Below are positions 62,020-64,000 of a stretch of DNA of 64,000 bases, one piece after another. The position numbers were made by a program, and so were the translations under genes. Position 1 is the first letter of the stretch. The number at the start of each line of letters is the position of its first letter. The notes under the pieces were generated by a model. The model worked only from the letters and a program-made list of their open reading frames with translations, was not told the origin of the DNA and ran no database searches. The DNA comes from Paramoeba atlantica. Its lineage: Eukaryota; Protista; Discosea. The stretch covers positions 152,120-216,119 of the forward strand of contig CDRNVI010000170.1 in assembly GCA_977017575.1 (NCBI GenBank), given 5' to 3'.

Positions 62020-62569
62020 AATTTTGTTGAATACTTTCTCTTTCCTTTTGTATAAAATAAATAAATTATTGGTTGAAAAATATTTATTATTATTATTAAA
62101 ATAATTTTTTTTTTCTCTCTCTTTTGGAACTCTTTTGGAACTCTCACAACAATCTCAACAAAAGGAGAGGAGATCTCTCACACACACAAACAATCCAATC
62201 CCTTTGCCCCTGTCAAGTTAGCAAAAGAACATCACACAGTTTCATTAACCCACCAGACAGAATCCCCACCTCGACTACCATTTTTTTCTCTTGTCAACTT
62301 CATCCTCTCTTTTCTCTTTGCTTTTTGTTGTTTTTTCTCTCCTCTGGGACCATCTCCTGAAAAATAATGAAATCAGATCAATCTGGTGATCTCTTTTTGT
62401 TAAAAACGCCTCCTCTTTTTGAATTTCCCCCCACCACACTCTCGCTGCTGCATACATGCTTGAAAATCCCCAAAGAGGCTGCAATATTTGTTTTGTACAC
62501 AAATATTGTAGTCTTTTTGGCTTCAATAAAAAGATTAAAGGTACATGTTACACACACACTACTCCTCAG

Positions 62570-62869
62570 GAAGAGGGGGGAAAAAGTAAGAGAGAAGGAA
62601 AAAAAAGAAAAAAGAAAAAACAAATAAAAAAATAAACAAATAAAAAAGAAAAACAAGAAAAAATAAATAAAAACAAAACAAAAAAACAAAAGGAAAAATA
62701 AAAAAAAAAAAAAGAAAAAGAAGAAAAAAGGAAAAGGAAAAACAAAATAAAGGGGAAAAGGAGAGGGAAAGAGAAAAGAAAGAGTCAAAAGAAAAAAAAA
62801 GAAAGAAAAGGGAAAGGAAAGGGAAAAGGAAAAAAAAAAGAAAAAGAAAACAAAAAAACAAAAACAAAG

Positions 62870-62901
<32 letters not shown>

Positions 62902-64000
62902 AAAAAAAAGAAAAAAAAGAAAAAAAAAAGAAAAAAAAAGGAAAAAAAAGGAAAAAAAAAGAAAAAAAAAGAAAAAAAAAGAAAAAAAAAGAAAAAAAAA
63001 AGAAAAAAAAGAAAAAGAAAAGAAAAAGAAAAGAAAAAAAGAAACAAGAAAGAAAAAAGAAAAAAAAAAGAGAAAAAAAGAGAAGAAAAAAAGAAAAGAT
63101 AAAAGAAACAAAGAGAAGAAAAAAGAAAAAAAGAAAGAAAAAAGAAAAAGAAAAAAGGAAAGGAAAAAAAAGGAAAGGGGGAAGGAAGAGGGAAAAGAGA
63201 AAAAGAAAAAAGAGAGAACCAACAATTTTCTTTTTATTTTCGCTTTGATCAAGAAAAGAAAGGAGAAAGAGGAGGAAAAGGGAAAAAAACAAAAAAAAAC
63301 AAAAAAAAACAAAAAAAAAGAAAAGAAAACAAAGGAAAAAAATAAAATAAAAAAACAAAAAAAACAAAAAAAAAGAAAAGAAAAGAAGAGAACAATAAAC
63401 AAAACAAAACAAAACAAAACAAACAAAACAAACAAAAAGAAAAAAAAAGAAAAAAAAAAGAAAAAAGAAAAAAAAGAAAAAAGAAAAAAAAAAAAAAGAA
63501 AAAAAAAAGAAAAAAAAAAGAAAAAAAAAAGAAAAGAAAAAACTGTGAAGAAAAAGGATCTCTTTTGATACGTGATTTCACTCTTTTCTATTTCAACGAC
63601 TTCACTGTCTTAAAAGGAAAGAAAGAGAAGGAAAGAAAAGAAAAGAGAAAGAGAAAGAGGGGAAAGAAGAGAAAAGAGAAGGGGGAGAAGATTAAAAAGA
63701 GGAAAGAGAAAAGATAAAAAAGACAAAAACAAAAGATGAAAGAAAAGAAAAAAAAAAGGAAAAACACAAAACAAAAGAAAAAAAGAAAAAAGAAAAAACA
63801 AAAGAAAAAAAACAAAGAAAAAAAAGAAAAAAAACAAAAGAAAAAAAGAAAAAAATCAATGAAGAAAAAAGGAACATTTTTTTAATACGTGAATTACACT
63901 CTCTTCAATTAAACAACTTTCCTGTGTTAAGGAGAAAAGAAAGAGAAAGAAAGAAAGAGAGAAAAAGAGAAGAGAGGGGAAAAGATTAAAAAGAGGAAAG
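62570..64000. repeat. Long A/purine-rich low-complexity tract with a ~316-bp tandem duplication at the window end
   Basis: atacgtgatttcactct (~63569) recurs as atacgtgaattacactct (~63885). Confidence 0.75.

Overview
This is AT-rich eukaryotic nuclear DNA from a protist. An amoebozoan is plausible from the expanded ~2.1 kb SSU rRNA and the ubiquitin residues, but this is low confidence. The window is an 'RNA-gene island' heavily invaded by transposons. RNA genes: one complete 18S-5.8S-28S unit (minus strand, 41083-47904) with a repeat-rich spacer, two identical 5S genes, 12 tRNA genes (one intron-containing) and two tRNA relics. The only clearly intact host protein gene is a three-unit polyubiquitin. 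Mobile elements: a chromodomain Ty3/gypsy element with 281-bp LTRs and a 4-bp TSD, a complete PAT-type tyrosine-recombinase (YR) retrotransposon with split direct repeats, a complete DIRS1-type element with ITRs and an ICR, a 1.1-kb PIF/Harbinger-like DNA transposon, and several relics. The window start (1-3660) is paralogous to 52015-56930, which suggests an rDNA/5S macro-repeat of about 52 kb. Main hunts: (1) PAT-type element ends sit 8 and 12 bp upstream of two different tRNA genes, pointing to tRNA-gene-targeted YR retrotransposition; (2) the DIRS1-type ITRs contain a 57-bp segment in flip/flop orientation; (3) CpG>TpG/CpA lesions recur in transposons and pseudogenes but not in the polyubiquitin or RNA genes. 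Most ORFs in the supplied track are low-complexity A/T-tract artefacts.
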